Virus record (IMG/VR): IMGVR_UViG_3300008107_000014 | Coordinates: 1 to 64,000 of that record | DNA: 64,000 bases | From: a virus | Direction: 5' to 3' (one strand) | Shown: piece after piece, positions 48,249 to 58,636 of the stretch | How the letters are laid out: each line of letters begins with the position of its first letter | How positions within the stretch are numbered: the first letter of the stretch is position 1 | The notes under the pieces: generated by a model | What the model saw: the letters and a program-made list of their open reading frames with translations, nothing else | What the model was told of the DNA's origin: nothing | The model's database searches: none | Made by a program: the position numbers and the translations under genes

Positions 48249-49278
48249 TTTATTTTTCATTGATCAAGGTACTCCGTCGTCAACAGAACGATGGCACCTT
48301 TTAAAAAAACAATTTCCTCACGCTCAAAAACGAGCATCGGTGCAAGAAGCACTATCGCATACTTTTACTAAATTTGCTTGGATTGTAGACGACGACTGTG
48401 ATATTAATTATACATTTGATTATGTTGTTCCGGATTGGGACAAACAATATATTCATCGATTTTTACAAGACAATAAAAGCTATCTAGGTGTATACCTGAT
48501 TCCACGTGGAACACAAATTACAAATAGAGAATGGCAGTATCAATTCTTTACCGGTAAGATTAAAGATATTCAGATTAATGCCACTTGCAGTATTCCAAGT
48601 GATGTTGTCTTTATTTCCTACAACGAATCTTTTGCTGATAGAAACTATAAAATGCTTCTTAAAGCCTGTCCTACGGCAAAGCGTGTACACGGTATTAAAG
48701 GCATACATCAAGCGCATATAGAAGCTGCTAAACAAGTTACAACACCAATGTTTTGGGTAGTAGATGCAGATGCAGAACTAGTCGACGACTTTAACTTTGA
48801 TTACTATGTTCCAAAGCACGATAGGGATATTGTTCATGTTTGGAGAAGTCGCAATCTAGTTAACAACTTAGAATACGGCAACGGCGGAGTTAAGTTATTA
48901 CCTACTAACTTAACAATTACAGTCGATGTTAACAGTCCGGACATGACAACTAGCATAAGCAAAAAGTTTAAATCTATGCCAGCAATTAGTAATGTCACTG
49001 CATTTAATGTAGATCCGTTTACAACCTGGCGCAGTGCATTTAGAGAATGTGCGAAATTAAGTAGTCGAACAATTATTGGTCAAGTCAACGATGAAACGCA
49101 GCAGCGTCTTGATGCATGGTGTACTGTTGGTGCAGATAGTGCATTTGGTGAATATGCAATATCAGGAGCCATTGCTGGTCGAGATTACGGTACAACTCAC
49201 AAAGACAACATTACTGCCCTTAAACATATAAATGACTATATGTGGCTAGAGGAGCAATTTAATGCAAGACATAAGTAG
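48241..49278 (+). CDS. Putative GT-A glycosyltransferase, paralog of the previous gene with a partially duplicated N-terminal domain
   Basis: FISYNE...HGIKG..AH, WVVDAD, YGNGGVKL, WRSAFREC.K; extra N-terminal WIVDDD; start taken at ATG 48241. Confidence 0.65.
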   Translation: MYDLFFIDQGTPSSTERWHLLKKQFPHAQKRASVQEALSHTFTKFAWIVDDDCDINYTFDYVVPDWDKQYIHRFLQDNKSYLGVYLIPRGTQITNREWQYQFFTGKIKDIQINATCSIPSDVVFISYNESFADRNYKMLLKACPTAKRVHGIKGIHQAHIEAAKQVTTPMFWVVDADAELVDDFNFDYYVPKHDRDIVHVWRSRNLVNNLEYGNGGVKLLPTNLTITVDVNSPDMTTSISKKFKSMPAISNVTAFNVDPFTTWRSAFRECAKLSSRTIIGQVNDETQQRLDAWCTVGADSAFGEYAISGAIAGRDYGTTHKDNITALKHINDYMWLEEQFNARHK

Positions 49279-50626
49279 AATCAAAAAGTTCATTCCAATA
49301 ATGGAAGAAATTTCTCCTACATTTTGCATGGCCAAGTGGCATCACACTACTATCTACTTACAAACAGGAGAGACACATAGTTGTTATCATCCTGCTCCTC
49401 ATGCAATTCCGTTAAAAGAGATTATGATTAATCCTAACGCATTGCATAACACACAACAAAAAATTTCAGAAAGAGCTGCAATGGTTGCAGGAGAAAAACC
49501 CGCAGGTTGTAACTATTGTTGGAATATCGAATCTTTAGGTGATGAGTATATAAGTGATCGTAAAGAACGTAATGCCAGCATTTATACCGATCAAAGATTT
49601 GCCGATATAAAACAATCTCCATTAAAGCCAGTTAACCCGCAGTACATTGAAATTAGTTTTGGCAATGAATGTAATTTTAAATGTGGATATTGTCATCCAA
49701 AGCATAGCAGTGCCTACTACAAAGAGATCAAAGACTTTGGTCCGTATGACATGGTTAAAAATCATCGTAATGATATCGATTGGTTTCAAATCAATGAAGA
49801 GGAATCTAATCCTTATGTTGCAGCCTGGTGGGAGTGGTGGCCAGAGGTTCGTAAGTCATTAACAATCTTACGTATCACAGGTGGTGAACCATTATTGCAA
49901 AAAAGTACATGGAAGTTATTAGAAGATTTAGAAAATAATCCACTGCCAGATTTAGAATTAAACATTAACAGTAACTTTGGTGTTAAGCCTATTCTTATCG
50001 ATCGACTTGTAGAAAAAGTTAATAGTCTAGTTAGTAATAAAAAAATTAAAGATTTTAAAATATTTACAAGCATTGACACTTGGGGTAAACCGGCTGAGTA
50101 TATTCGCACTGGATTAGATTTAGAATTATGGGAACGTAATTTAGATACCTATCTAACTAAAACTAATATGCCAATTACATTTATGATAACATTTAACATT
50201 TTATCAGTTACCAGTTTCCAACTGTTGTTAGAAAAGATTTTAGAATGGCGTGTTAAGTACAACGGCACTGATCAAAACAAATGGCAACGTATTCGATTCG
50301 ATACTCCTTTTCTAAAAGAACCACTACAGTACGACATGAATATCTTACCTAAAGAAGAATTTATGTCGTATATGTACAGTCATTTGCAATACATTAAAGA
50401 CAATCTAAATGACACCGATAGATCAAAATTTAGTGACCTTGAATATGAGAAGTTTTTACGTGTTGTTAAGTACATGGAAACTACTAACTATAGTGAAGAA
50501 AAGATAGTAGAAGGTCGTCGAGATTTTTTTAATTGGTTTGTTGAATATGATCGCAGACGCAATGTCTCATTTTTAGAAACATTTCCAGAGCTTGCTGATT
50601 TTTTTATTAATTGTAAAAATGTCTAA
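49262..50626 (+). CDS. Radical SAM protein with N-terminal twitch/SPASM-like cysteines
   Basis: CNFKCGYC and TGGEPLL; N-terminal FC..W, SC.H and GCNYC. Confidence 0.85.
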   Translation: MQDISRIKKFIPIMEEISPTFCMAKWHHTTIYLQTGETHSCYHPAPHAIPLKEIMINPNALHNTQQKISERAAMVAGEKPAGCNYCWNIESLGDEYISDRKERNASIYTDQRFADIKQSPLKPVNPQYIEISFGNECNFKCGYCHPKHSSAYYKEIKDFGPYDMVKNHRNDIDWFQINEEESNPYVAAWWEWWPEVRKSLTILRITGGEPLLQKSTWKLLEDLENNPLPDLELNINSNFGVKPILIDRLVEKVNSLVSNKKIKDFKIFTSIDTWGKPAEYIRTGLDLELWERNLDTYLTKTNMPITFMITFNILSVTSFQLLLEKILEWRVKYNGTDQNKWQRIRFDTPFLKEPLQYDMNILPKEEFMSYMYSHLQYIKDNLNDTDRSKFSDLEYEKFLRVVKYMETTNYSEEKIVEGRRDFFNWFVEYDRRRNVSFLETFPELADFFINCKNV

Positions 50627-51923
50627 AAAAATAAATTTAGTATATGAATGGATCGGGCCTCGGGGCCCAATAACGAATAATCGAGTGCCTACGCTAATTG
50701 ATATAGCAACAGCCGCTACTGGCGAAAGTTTTGAGAATTCCGGTTACAAACATGATCTGCATCAGCGTCCGCATTTCTATCGACGATTCACTGGACTTGT
50801 TAATTATGTTCCTGCATTTGATGCTGATGTATCGCCGTTCTTATACGAGTTAAATTTTCATAATTATCATTATCGAGATATTCTTAATGCGTTTAATCAC
50901 AATGACGGATTGATTGAAAATGCTAGTCCTAGCAGAAATATTATAACACTCATTAAAGAAAAAAAAGGTTATGTGTTGGTAACTTTATTGTATGAAGGGT
51001 TCTTAGACGATTTATTTTTAAAAGGATTAACTGAATATTTTTCTAGAAAAAACATTCCGTTAACACAGATCGTTTATGTTTCGAATTGTTATAATGGACA
51101 GGAAGTCTACGAAAATTTTTGTAAAAGAAATAATATTCTTCCAGAAATAAAAACGGAATATCTTCCAGTATTTAGAATTGATAAAACTGATATTGCATTA
51201 ATTTTGAATACTAATATTTCTTATAGTACAGCCCCAAAGAAAAAACTGTTCCTTTGTTTTAATCGAAGACATACAGAGCATAGAATTTTATTCTATATTA
51301 TGATGTCAAAATTGCAATTAATTGATAGGTGTTTTTATAGCATGAGCAAAGAACACCCCGGGTCAGAACAGCCATTTATTGAAAATGCAAAAAATTTAAG
51401 TTCTAAGTACAAAGAACTTTACATTCTAGATAATGACATTACGGTTGCAGATGCACAACTTCCATTAATACTTGATACTGGTGATTTTAGTAAGTATCCT
51501 ATGGAAATTGGAATAGATGATGTAAAGCCGTTCTATGATAATAGCTATATTAATATTGTAATGGAAACATATTTTTTTAATAACATCATCCACATAACTG
51601 AAAAAACATATAAGCCAATTGCATTCATGCAACCTTTTATTATGTTTGCCGCACCCAATGGTTTACAGCATATTAAGGATATGGGATTTAAAACATTTAA
51701 TCAATTCTGGGACGAAAGCTACGATAGCGAAACTGACCACATAATTAGATTTTTAAAAATTGCTCAAGAAATTAGAAAAATATCAAACTGGTCGCAAGAA
51801 ACACTTGATCAGTTTGCAAAAGATGTCCGACCTATTCTAGAATTCAATAGGGAACATCTTAAAAATATGAAAGACATTGAAGTAGATCAGTTTGTTGAAA
51901 AATACGGAGTAGAAGGACAATGA
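50619..51923 (+). CDS. Putative GT-B/GT10-like glycosyltransferase (ITEK family), copy 1
   Basis: FLCFNRR...HR; NIVMET...ITEKTYKPI..QPFI...GFKTF...DESYD. Confidence 0.55.
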   Translation: MSKKINLVYEWIGPRGPITNNRVPTLIDIATAATGESFENSGYKHDLHQRPHFYRRFTGLVNYVPAFDADVSPFLYELNFHNYHYRDILNAFNHNDGLIENASPSRNIITLIKEKKGYVLVTLLYEGFLDDLFLKGLTEYFSRKNIPLTQIVYVSNCYNGQEVYENFCKRNNILPEIKTEYLPVFRIDKTDIALILNTNISYSTAPKKKLFLCFNRRHTEHRILFYIMMSKLQLIDRCFYSMSKEHPGSEQPFIENAKNLSSKYKELYILDNDITVADAQLPLILDTGDFSKYPMEIGIDDVKPFYDNSYINIVMETYFFNNIIHITEKTYKPIAFMQPFIMFAAPNGLQHIKDMGFKTFNQFWDESYDSETDHIIRFLKIAQEIRKISNWSQETLDQFAKDVRPILEFNREHLKNMKDIEVDQFVEKYGVEGQ

Positions 51924-52882
51924 AAAAAATATTAGTATGTGGCGCTGGGGGATTTATTGGCAGTCATTTAGTAACAAGTTTAAAACAACAAGGGCATTAT
52001 GTAATTGGTGCTGATTTAAAATATCCCCAATTTAATGAGATTAATGCAGATGAGTTTTATATTAGAGATCTCCGAGATCCTAATACTGTAGCAAATTTAA
52101 TTACAGAAGATTTAGATGAAGTATATCAACTTGCGGCCGATATGGGCGGCGCCGGATTTATTTCTACAGGCGATAACGATGCTGACATCATGCACAATTC
52201 CGCAATGATTAATCTTAACATTGCAAGTGAAATGACAAAAAAAGGTGTAAAGAAAGTATTTTATACAAGCAGTGCATGTGTTTATCCAGAGCATAATCAA
52301 GAAGACCCAGATAATCCGTTATGCAGTGAAGATAGTGTATACCCTGCTGATCCCGATAGTGAATATGGATGGGAAAAGTTATTCAGCGAAAGAATTTATC
52401 TTGCATATGCTAAAAATCATGGTCTTGATATTCGTATTGCCCGCTTACATAATATATATGGTCCGCAGGGTTCGTGGAATGACGGAAGAGAAAAAGCTCC
52501 CGCAGCTCTGTGCAGAAAAGTTGCAATGTGTGCCACTGGTGGAAATATTGAAGTTTGGGGACCAGGTATACAGACACGTAGTTTCTTATACATTGACGAA
52601 TGTATCAAAGGTATCCATAAGTTAATGGACAGTGATGTTAAACAGCCAATTAATCTAGGCAGCGAAAGATTAATTAGTATCAATGAGCTAGTTGAGTTAA
52701 TTTCTAAAATTGCAGACAAGGAAATTACTGTAGTAAACATTGAAGGTCCGAGGGGGGTTATGGGAAGAAATAGTCATAATAAATTAATTAAAGAATTATT
52801 AAATTGGACACCAAATGAGGACCTAGAGTATGGTATGGAACAAACATATATCTGGATTAAGGAACAAGTTGATGCTTTATAG
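51920..52882 (+). CDS. NAD-dependent epimerase, GDP-mannose 3,5-epimerase-like
   Basis: GAGGFIG, LAADMGG.GFI, SSACVYP, YGWEK, GREKAPAALCRK, QTRSF, GRNS. Confidence 0.85.
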   Translation: MKKILVCGAGGFIGSHLVTSLKQQGHYVIGADLKYPQFNEINADEFYIRDLRDPNTVANLITEDLDEVYQLAADMGGAGFISTGDNDADIMHNSAMINLNIASEMTKKGVKKVFYTSSACVYPEHNQEDPDNPLCSEDSVYPADPDSEYGWEKLFSERIYLAYAKNHGLDIRIARLHNIYGPQGSWNDGREKAPAALCRKVAMCATGGNIEVWGPGIQTRSFLYIDECIKGIHKLMDSDVKQPINLGSERLISINELVELISKIADKEITVVNIEGPRGVMGRNSHNKLIKELLNWTPNEDLEYGMEQTYIWIKEQVDAL

Positions 52883-54020
52883 TAAAACAGGAAAGTTTCA
52901 TCACATCAAATATAACTGTGTTGCTACACTAGATAACTGGTCTCCAAACGACCCTGGAATATTCTATCATCATTTTTATGATGATCAACAACACGGTGTT
53001 AGATTTGCCAATTGTCTCGACGAAGTTCATTGGGAATATTTAAGAAATAATCCGTCTGCAAAACTGTTGCACGAAAATTGTGGCGAAACATTTAATATGC
53101 TATTTGTTGATGAGATATCAGAACTAATAGCTAATCACAACATTAATCCTTCTCAAATTTTTATTATTGTAGCCGATGAGTTACATAAATCTTTTTTAGT
53201 AACAAATTTGATTAGCCGAGACATTAACGGAGTTAATATTGAAATTTATAATTTTCTAATGAGTAAGGTATCAATGGATTCTTTTGATGTGCCTATTATT
53301 AAAAAATTTAGCGTATTGAGTCGTAACTATCGATCTTCTCGACTGCAACTGTATTGCAAATTGTTAGAGGCAGATTTATTAGACCAATTTTTATATTCGT
53401 TCTACAATATTCATCCATATGAAAAAACTATATTCTCTGTAAAAGATATGATATTAGATTTGCAGAATGCAACGGTGCCGGTAACTGATAAAATTATAGA
53501 GTGGTTATACGGTGTGCCTTATTCTATTAGCACCACTGATAATGTTTACGATAAGTGGGCCGATGTTACATATCAAACAGTAGCATCAGCTGATTTTCAT
53601 ATCATTATTGAAACATTCTTTGATCCGTTTTTAAGCCACATTAACGGAAAATATAAAAAAGGATATGCTCCTAATTTTATAACAGAAAAATTATATAAAC
53701 CTATTGCTTGTAAAAAACCATTTATTGTATTTGGTCCACAGTATATGCTTGAGGATCTACAATCGATGGGCTATAAAACATTCGATAGATTTATAAACGA
53801 ATCGTATGATATAGAAGAATCTCCCGAAAAACGTCTTGATATGATAGTTGACGAAATTAAGAAAATACTAGCTTTGCCAAAAGACGAATATCAAAATATT
53901 GTAAATAGTATGCAGGATATTTGCAATTATAATTATAATGTGTTAGCCGCTCAGAAAAATTACACTATTACAAATCCAGCATTTACTTTTATAAAAGATA
54001 ATACAGGATGGAAATACTAA
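52872..54020 (+). CDS. Putative GT-B/GT10-like glycosyltransferase (ITEK family), copy 2
   Basis: HIIIET...FITEKLYKPIACKKPFIVFG...GYKTF...ESYD. Confidence 0.55.
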   Translation: MLYSKTGKFHHIKYNCVATLDNWSPNDPGIFYHHFYDDQQHGVRFANCLDEVHWEYLRNNPSAKLLHENCGETFNMLFVDEISELIANHNINPSQIFIIVADELHKSFLVTNLISRDINGVNIEIYNFLMSKVSMDSFDVPIIKKFSVLSRNYRSSRLQLYCKLLEADLLDQFLYSFYNIHPYEKTIFSVKDMILDLQNATVPVTDKIIEWLYGVPYSISTTDNVYDKWADVTYQTVASADFHIIIETFFDPFLSHINGKYKKGYAPNFITEKLYKPIACKKPFIVFGPQYMLEDLQSMGYKTFDRFINESYDIEESPEKRLDMIVDEIKKILALPKDEYQNIVNSMQDICNYNYNVLAAQKNYTITNPAFTFIKDNTGWKY

Positions 54021-54700
54021 ACTTTTTTAAAAATTTATCTAATACTGATAACTTAGCTGCTCAGTATACATCTGCAACTCCGCTGCCTCACGTAATTGTA
54101 GATAACTTCTTGCCGGATGAAATTTTTAAAAATTTATGTACAGACATTCGACAGTATCCTCCTAATAAATGGATTGTTAAACAGTTAAGCGATACTAGCG
54201 GAATTCGAAAAGAAGCAAGAGATTTTAACGATTCATATACTCTGCAAAACATTATGCTTAATCTTACTGGCCATAATTTTGTATCTTGGATGAATAAAAT
54301 AACCGGCGCTACTAATATAATTCCCGATCTCCATCATCTTGGCGCAGGATTAACAGCAGCACCTTCTGGTGCAACACTAGGGCTTCATGTTGATTTTAAT
54401 TGGAACGATACTTTAAAATTAAACAGAAAATTTAATTTAATTTTCTACGCAAATGATTCGTGGGAAGATTCGTGGAATGGTGAATTAGAGTTTTGGAATA
54501 AAGAAGGAACAAGTTGCCTTTATACAATTAAGCCAACTCCTAATAGATTGGTATTTTGGGAGTATGAGCAAGAATTAATACACGGATTTACAAAACCGTT
54601 AGCTTGTCCAGCCGGCGTTGAACGATTAAATTTAATGACAATTTACTATACAAGTAATGCATCGCCGACATCGGATCCTCATAAGTCTCGATTTTATTAA
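54008..54700 (+). CDS. 2OG-Fe(II) dioxygenase
   Basis: PLPHVIVDNFL, LHVDFN, R.FNLIFYAN..W...W.GELE, HG and R...IYY. Confidence 0.85.
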   Translation: MEILNFFKNLSNTDNLAAQYTSATPLPHVIVDNFLPDEIFKNLCTDIRQYPPNKWIVKQLSDTSGIRKEARDFNDSYTLQNIMLNLTGHNFVSWMNKITGATNIIPDLHHLGAGLTAAPSGATLGLHVDFNWNDTLKLNRKFNLIFYANDSWEDSWNGELEFWNKEGTSCLYTIKPTPNRLVFWEYEQELIHGFTKPLACPAGVERLNLMTIYYTSNASPTSDPHKSRFY

Positions 54701-54701
54701 T

Positions 54702-55292
54702 ATGGCAAATTTTCATAAGTATTCTATTCCTCATTTATTATATGCATCGTACAACAAAAGTGACGATATTATTGTAGAAATAGGTAGTGAGCGCGGAGAA
54801 GGTTCTACTAAATTTTTTGATACCTATTCTAAAGATTTAGGAATTCCGTTTTACAGTATTGATATAGAAGATAATGCAAAGATCCAACTCAGCGAATTAA
54901 AGCACACTAATTGGATAATTTCCTCAGGCTCGGTTTGGTCTAAAGAACAATTACCGTTATTAAATAAAAAAATCAAAGTGTTATATCTTGATAACTTTGA
55001 TTGGAATCATAATCCAACAATTCCAACAGAAACTGGGTTTGATAAATTATACGAGAAACATAATACTATCTGGACCAACTTAAATTGTGTTGCCGAGCAT
55101 CTTCACCAGATGATTAACTGTTTACCGTATATGGCCGAAAAGTCTATTATCATTTGTGACGACACTCCTTATCAAGATCACAGCGGAATCTATATTGGAA
55201 AATGTAGTGCAGTTATTCCGCTGCTTATAATTCACGGTTATACAATTGTTCACTCAGCAAACAACGGCGTAATATTAATTCGAGATTCCTAA
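54702..55292 (+). CDS. Class I SAM-dependent methyltransferase-like protein
   Basis: IVEIGSERGEGST, YSID, LYLD, IICDDT, GK. Confidence 0.6.
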   Translation: MANFHKYSIPHLLYASYNKSDDIIVEIGSERGEGSTKFFDTYSKDLGIPFYSIDIEDNAKIQLSELKHTNWIISSGSVWSKEQLPLLNKKIKVLYLDNFDWNHNPTIPTETGFDKLYEKHNTIWTNLNCVAEHLHQMINCLPYMAEKSIIICDDTPYQDHSGIYIGKCSAVIPLLIIHGYTIVHSANNGVILIRDS

Positions 55293-56528
55293 GTGAGATG
55301 TTATTTTGATAATCATAGACAACTTAACATTAATTTAGTTAAGCAAATAAACAGCATACGATCGTTTGATGATTTTGAACTTAGGTATTGTCATCCTAAT
55401 TTAAATTTTACATATAGCACAAATTATGATTCTCAAGGAATATATCTTGTCGAAGTTAGCACACATGCGCACCTTTGGTGTAGTTCAAACCATCATAGCA
55501 ATAGTTTTAATTTAATTGAATCTATTCCTCATCACGTAATAGATGCTGCAAAACTAAAAAAAATACGAATAGTAATTATTGCAGTAGTCGAAGGGGATAG
55601 CTACGAAAACGATGGAGTAGATGCATACGAAGAATTAACTGCATCAATGTGGAAAATTGGACTACCGCAATATAGCGTACTAATTATTAGTGGCAATTTA
55701 AATGCAAATGCTCAATATTTAGAATGGTGTAATAAAAACGAAGAATTTCCTTGGATTGAATTCTCAGAAGGTATTGATTGGACAGGGCAGCGTAACTGGC
55801 CTAAACAAATAGATCCTATTTTTTCTAAATCTCTAACAACTGCCAAATTTCTTTATAACAGCTTAAATCGTGCTCATCGTAGCCACAGATCTGAGCACTT
55901 ATATTTTTTAGCACATAACAATCTATTGACAAACGGATTGGTATCCGGTGGCATATGGTTTAACGACATGCCTGGATACGATAAAAACTTAGACCTAATT
56001 TCGTCACCAGAATATATTGACGCATATATAGACAACTATCGAACAGTACTAAGAGCAAATTATCCAAAGACAGTCGATTCAAATGTAACTTCTCTACGCA
56101 ACAATCATTTTGCGGGAATAAGCAATTTGAATATTTTTAAGGATTCGTTACTAACAGTATCTACAGAAAGTCATTTTGATGACAATCAAGGTTTGTTTAT
56201 AACAGAAAAAACGTTTCGCCCTATAGCAATGGGACATCCGTTTATAGTATTAGGTCAGCCTAATCTTTTAAAAAAATTACAAAGTTTTGGATTTAAGACT
56301 GATTTTATTGATACTAGTTATGATGAAATTTTAGACAATAAAAAAAGATTCGCAACATTTCACGAATCTTTTTTAAATTGGATCAACGACGATAAAGAAA
56401 AATACTTTGCAAAATGGCAGTTATATGTTGAACATAACTTATACATATATCAACATACAAACTTTAGAAAACTATACATCGGCGATGCAGTAGAACGCAC
56501 AACTAGATATTTTAAAGAATTGTCTTAG
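55293..56528 (+). CDS. Putative GT-B/GT10-like glycosyltransferase (ITEK family), copy 3
   Basis: YNSLNR...HR; VSTES...FITEKTFRPIAMGHPFIVLG...GFKT..DTSYD. Confidence 0.55.
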   Translation: MRCYFDNHRQLNINLVKQINSIRSFDDFELRYCHPNLNFTYSTNYDSQGIYLVEVSTHAHLWCSSNHHSNSFNLIESIPHHVIDAAKLKKIRIVIIAVVEGDSYENDGVDAYEELTASMWKIGLPQYSVLIISGNLNANAQYLEWCNKNEEFPWIEFSEGIDWTGQRNWPKQIDPIFSKSLTTAKFLYNSLNRAHRSHRSEHLYFLAHNNLLTNGLVSGGIWFNDMPGYDKNLDLISSPEYIDAYIDNYRTVLRANYPKTVDSNVTSLRNNHFAGISNLNIFKDSLLTVSTESHFDDNQGLFITEKTFRPIAMGHPFIVLGQPNLLKKLQSFGFKTDFIDTSYDEILDNKKRFATFHESFLNWINDDKEKYFAKWQLYVEHNLYIYQHTNFRKLYIGDAVERTTRYFKELS

Positions 56529-56817
56529 TAGATTTTTTAATATCGGTTTTTAGTTTACTAATATCAATGTCAAAGTCAACGCCTTTAATTTCTTCATGAT
56601 ATTCTTTAAATGTGTCAAGTAATTTAGTTGATAATGCATCGCTGCCTATTTCCTCAACAAGTTCTGCAACATTAATTTCCCATACCCTTCCATCTTCAAA
56701 TTTAATTTGCATTACTTTTGTATAATGCAAAGGCATGGTACTCATATACATATCTTCAAAAATTTCAGGCCACTCTTTAATTATTTTACTAGGTGGTCTA
56801 AAGAATTTTTTAGGCAT
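56512..56817 (-). CDS. Hypothetical protein
   Basis: 101 aa; last gene of the minus-strand block, 3' end overlaps the convergent gene. Confidence 0.65.
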   Translation of the reverse strand: MPKKFFRPPSKIIKEWPEIFEDMYMSTMPLHYTKVMQIKFEDGRVWEINVAELVEEIGSDALSTKLLDTFKEYHEEIKGVDFDIDISKLKTDIKKSTKTIL

Positions 56818-57424
56818 CAGCAGTTTCTTTAGCCTTAGTTGCTTTCTTAACAGGTGGATCTAATTCATCTGCCTGTTTGCGCAACTTTGCAGCTTCCTTA
56901 TACATGGCATCTGCTTGGCTACGGAACTGTTTAGCAAGTGCTGAATCGTCAAGTACATCTGGCGCTTTTTCTGTTTCCTGCACTGGCACTTCGTTGACAC
57001 GAGCAATTTCTTTAACTTCGGCGCCCGGTTTAACTCCGATAAATCCTGCTAGCTCATCAATAGCTAGACCTTTTTGCTCGGCAATTAGCGCATTTAGTTC
57101 TGACAACTGAACTATATTACTAGTATCAGGTGTCATCAATACATCCGATGTACCTACCTTAATAAGTTTACCGTCTGAATGTAATGCTTCCAACATTAAA
57201 CGCCCGTCTGGAAAATGTCTAATACCTAGAATATCTCCGAACTCATTTGCATCTTGTGCTTGTGCGCTTTCAACTAATTGAATAATTGCGTTGTGATAGC
57301 TATCGGACAAACTTGCTGTGCCAACAACTAATCCAAAGTATGGGTCACCGGGTAGTGTACGAAAAACAACAAGCACTTTCGCGTTGTTATTTTTCATTTT
57401 CCCAACGTGTTTAATTTGGGCCAT
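56810..57424 (-). CDS. Hypothetical protein
   Basis: 204 aa with a C-terminal coiled coil. Confidence 0.7.
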   Translation of the reverse strand: MAQIKHVGKMKNNNAKVLVVFRTLPGDPYFGLVVGTASLSDSYHNAIIQLVESAQAQDANEFGDILGIRHFPDGRLMLEALHSDGKLIKVGTSDVLMTPDTSNIVQLSELNALIAEQKGLAIDELAGFIGVKPGAEVKEIARVNEVPVQETEKAPDVLDDSALAKQFRSQADAMYKEAAKLRKQADELDPPVKKATKAKETADA

Positions 57425-57426
57425 GA

Positions 57427-57648
57427 TTATTGTCCTTTAGTAACTTGTGTTAAAAAGTTGTTTAAACGATTATACGTTTTGCCAACAGCTTCTAGTTCGT
57501 TGGCTTTGAATGCACCGCGTCCGCTTGCGACATCGATGATTGCTTTTAATGCCTGTAGATCGCTGATGTTTAATTCAGTTGATTCTGCAGGTGCTTCCTG
57601 ACCAGTAGTTTGTTCTTCTGGGACTGGTTGTGTTACTTGCTCTTCCAT
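57427..57648 (-). CDS. Hypothetical protein
   Basis: 73 aa; AGGAG SD upstream. Confidence 0.7.
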   Translation of the reverse strand: MEEQVTQPVPEEQTTGQEAPAESTELNISDLQALKAIIDVASGRGAFKANELEAVGKTYNRLNNFLTQVTKGQ

Positions 57649-57924
57649 TTAAGTTCTCCTTATGTTTGGATATGCTAACATAAAAAAAGTAAGTTCTTTT
57701 GAATCTTCAAAAGCTACAAACTTCTTTGTTGTTGTCTTGTTACCGTCCGACGAGTGAGGCAAGTTTACAATTGCGTACCTACCATGTAGTTTAGATTCAA
57801 TCCAATCTTCCATGGTATTATCAAACAGAAAATCTTGTTCTGCTACCTGTATCTTTGAAAAATGAACAGGCAGAAAACTAACTTTCCTTTTCTTGCAAAC
57901 ACTCAAAGGGTTTAATTTTAACAT
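57649..57924 (-). CDS. Hypothetical protein
   Basis: 91 aa; TAAATA 5 nt before the ATG. Confidence 0.6.
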   Translation of the reverse strand: MLKLNPLSVCKKRKVSFLPVHFSKIQVAEQDFLFDNTMEDWIESKLHGRYAIVNLPHSSDGNKTTTKKFVAFEDSKELTFFMLAYPNIRRT

Positions 57925-57945
57925 ACTTTTATTTAAACTACAGAT

Positions 57946-58347
57946 TCAATCGTGGCTTGATTCTTGAGCGAGTAATTTAGCAAGTGCCTTGCTGGCACCC
58001 ATCTTCTTTACATCTCCAGAAAATAAGTACAGCTCAAATGCTGTTTTTTCCGACAATACTGTAATACCTTTCTTGTTTATGAAATATGGTGATTTTATAA
58101 AGTTGTCTAACCATATTAACACCTGCGGTGTAACACTTAGACCTTTTGGAAACTCTATAAAGTAAGATTTTATCTCGGCTTTGGTAGTTACAAACTCTAA
58201 GCCTTGTTCGGTTAATCGCAGCCCGCCCTCATTTTTATTTCTAAAATTTAACCACCAAACAGATTTGTAATCCTTAAGGGCAGTTTCGGTTGGTGTAATG
58301 TTAACTGCTTTTAAAAATACAGCAGTATAGCGATCTTTTACATCCAT
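57946..58347 (-). CDS. Hypothetical protein (possible winged helix)
   Basis: 133 aa; LRLTEQG wing-like motif. Confidence 0.6.
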   Translation of the reverse strand: MDVKDRYTAVFLKAVNITPTETALKDYKSVWWLNFRNKNEGGLRLTEQGLEFVTTKAEIKSYFIEFPKGLSVTPQVLIWLDNFIKSPYFINKKGITVLSEKTAFELYLFSGDVKKMGASKALAKLLAQESSHD

Positions 58348-58348
58348 T

Positions 58349-58636
58349 TTAAATTGTTATTTCTTCACCTGATGTAAGTTTATATACTGCGAAGTCTGAA
58401 GTTTTAAACAAACGATTTAATTTCTTTGCTAGATTGTGTGCATGTCCGGGATTACTAAATGATACTTTTTTATATTTAGGTCCAGGATAACTAGCCACTA
58501 GGCTACCGCTCTTTAGATTAAAAGGTTGCCCTTTAAAAAACACCGCCCAGATAGCTTCCGACTCTAGGATTTGTTCTAGTTTATAATTATCCTTGCTAGC
58601 GTGTTCTAGAAGGACTTTAGGTTTTGGTCGACTCAT
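58349..58636 (-). CDS. Hypothetical protein
   Basis: Start taken at ATG 58636 (MSRPKPK...), downstream of a TAAATA motif at 58663-58668. Confidence 0.65.
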   Translation of the reverse strand: MSRPKPKVLLEHASKDNYKLEQILESEAIWAVFFKGQPFNLKSGSLVASYPGPKYKKVSFSNPGHAHNLAKKLNRLFKTSDFAVYKLTSGEEITI

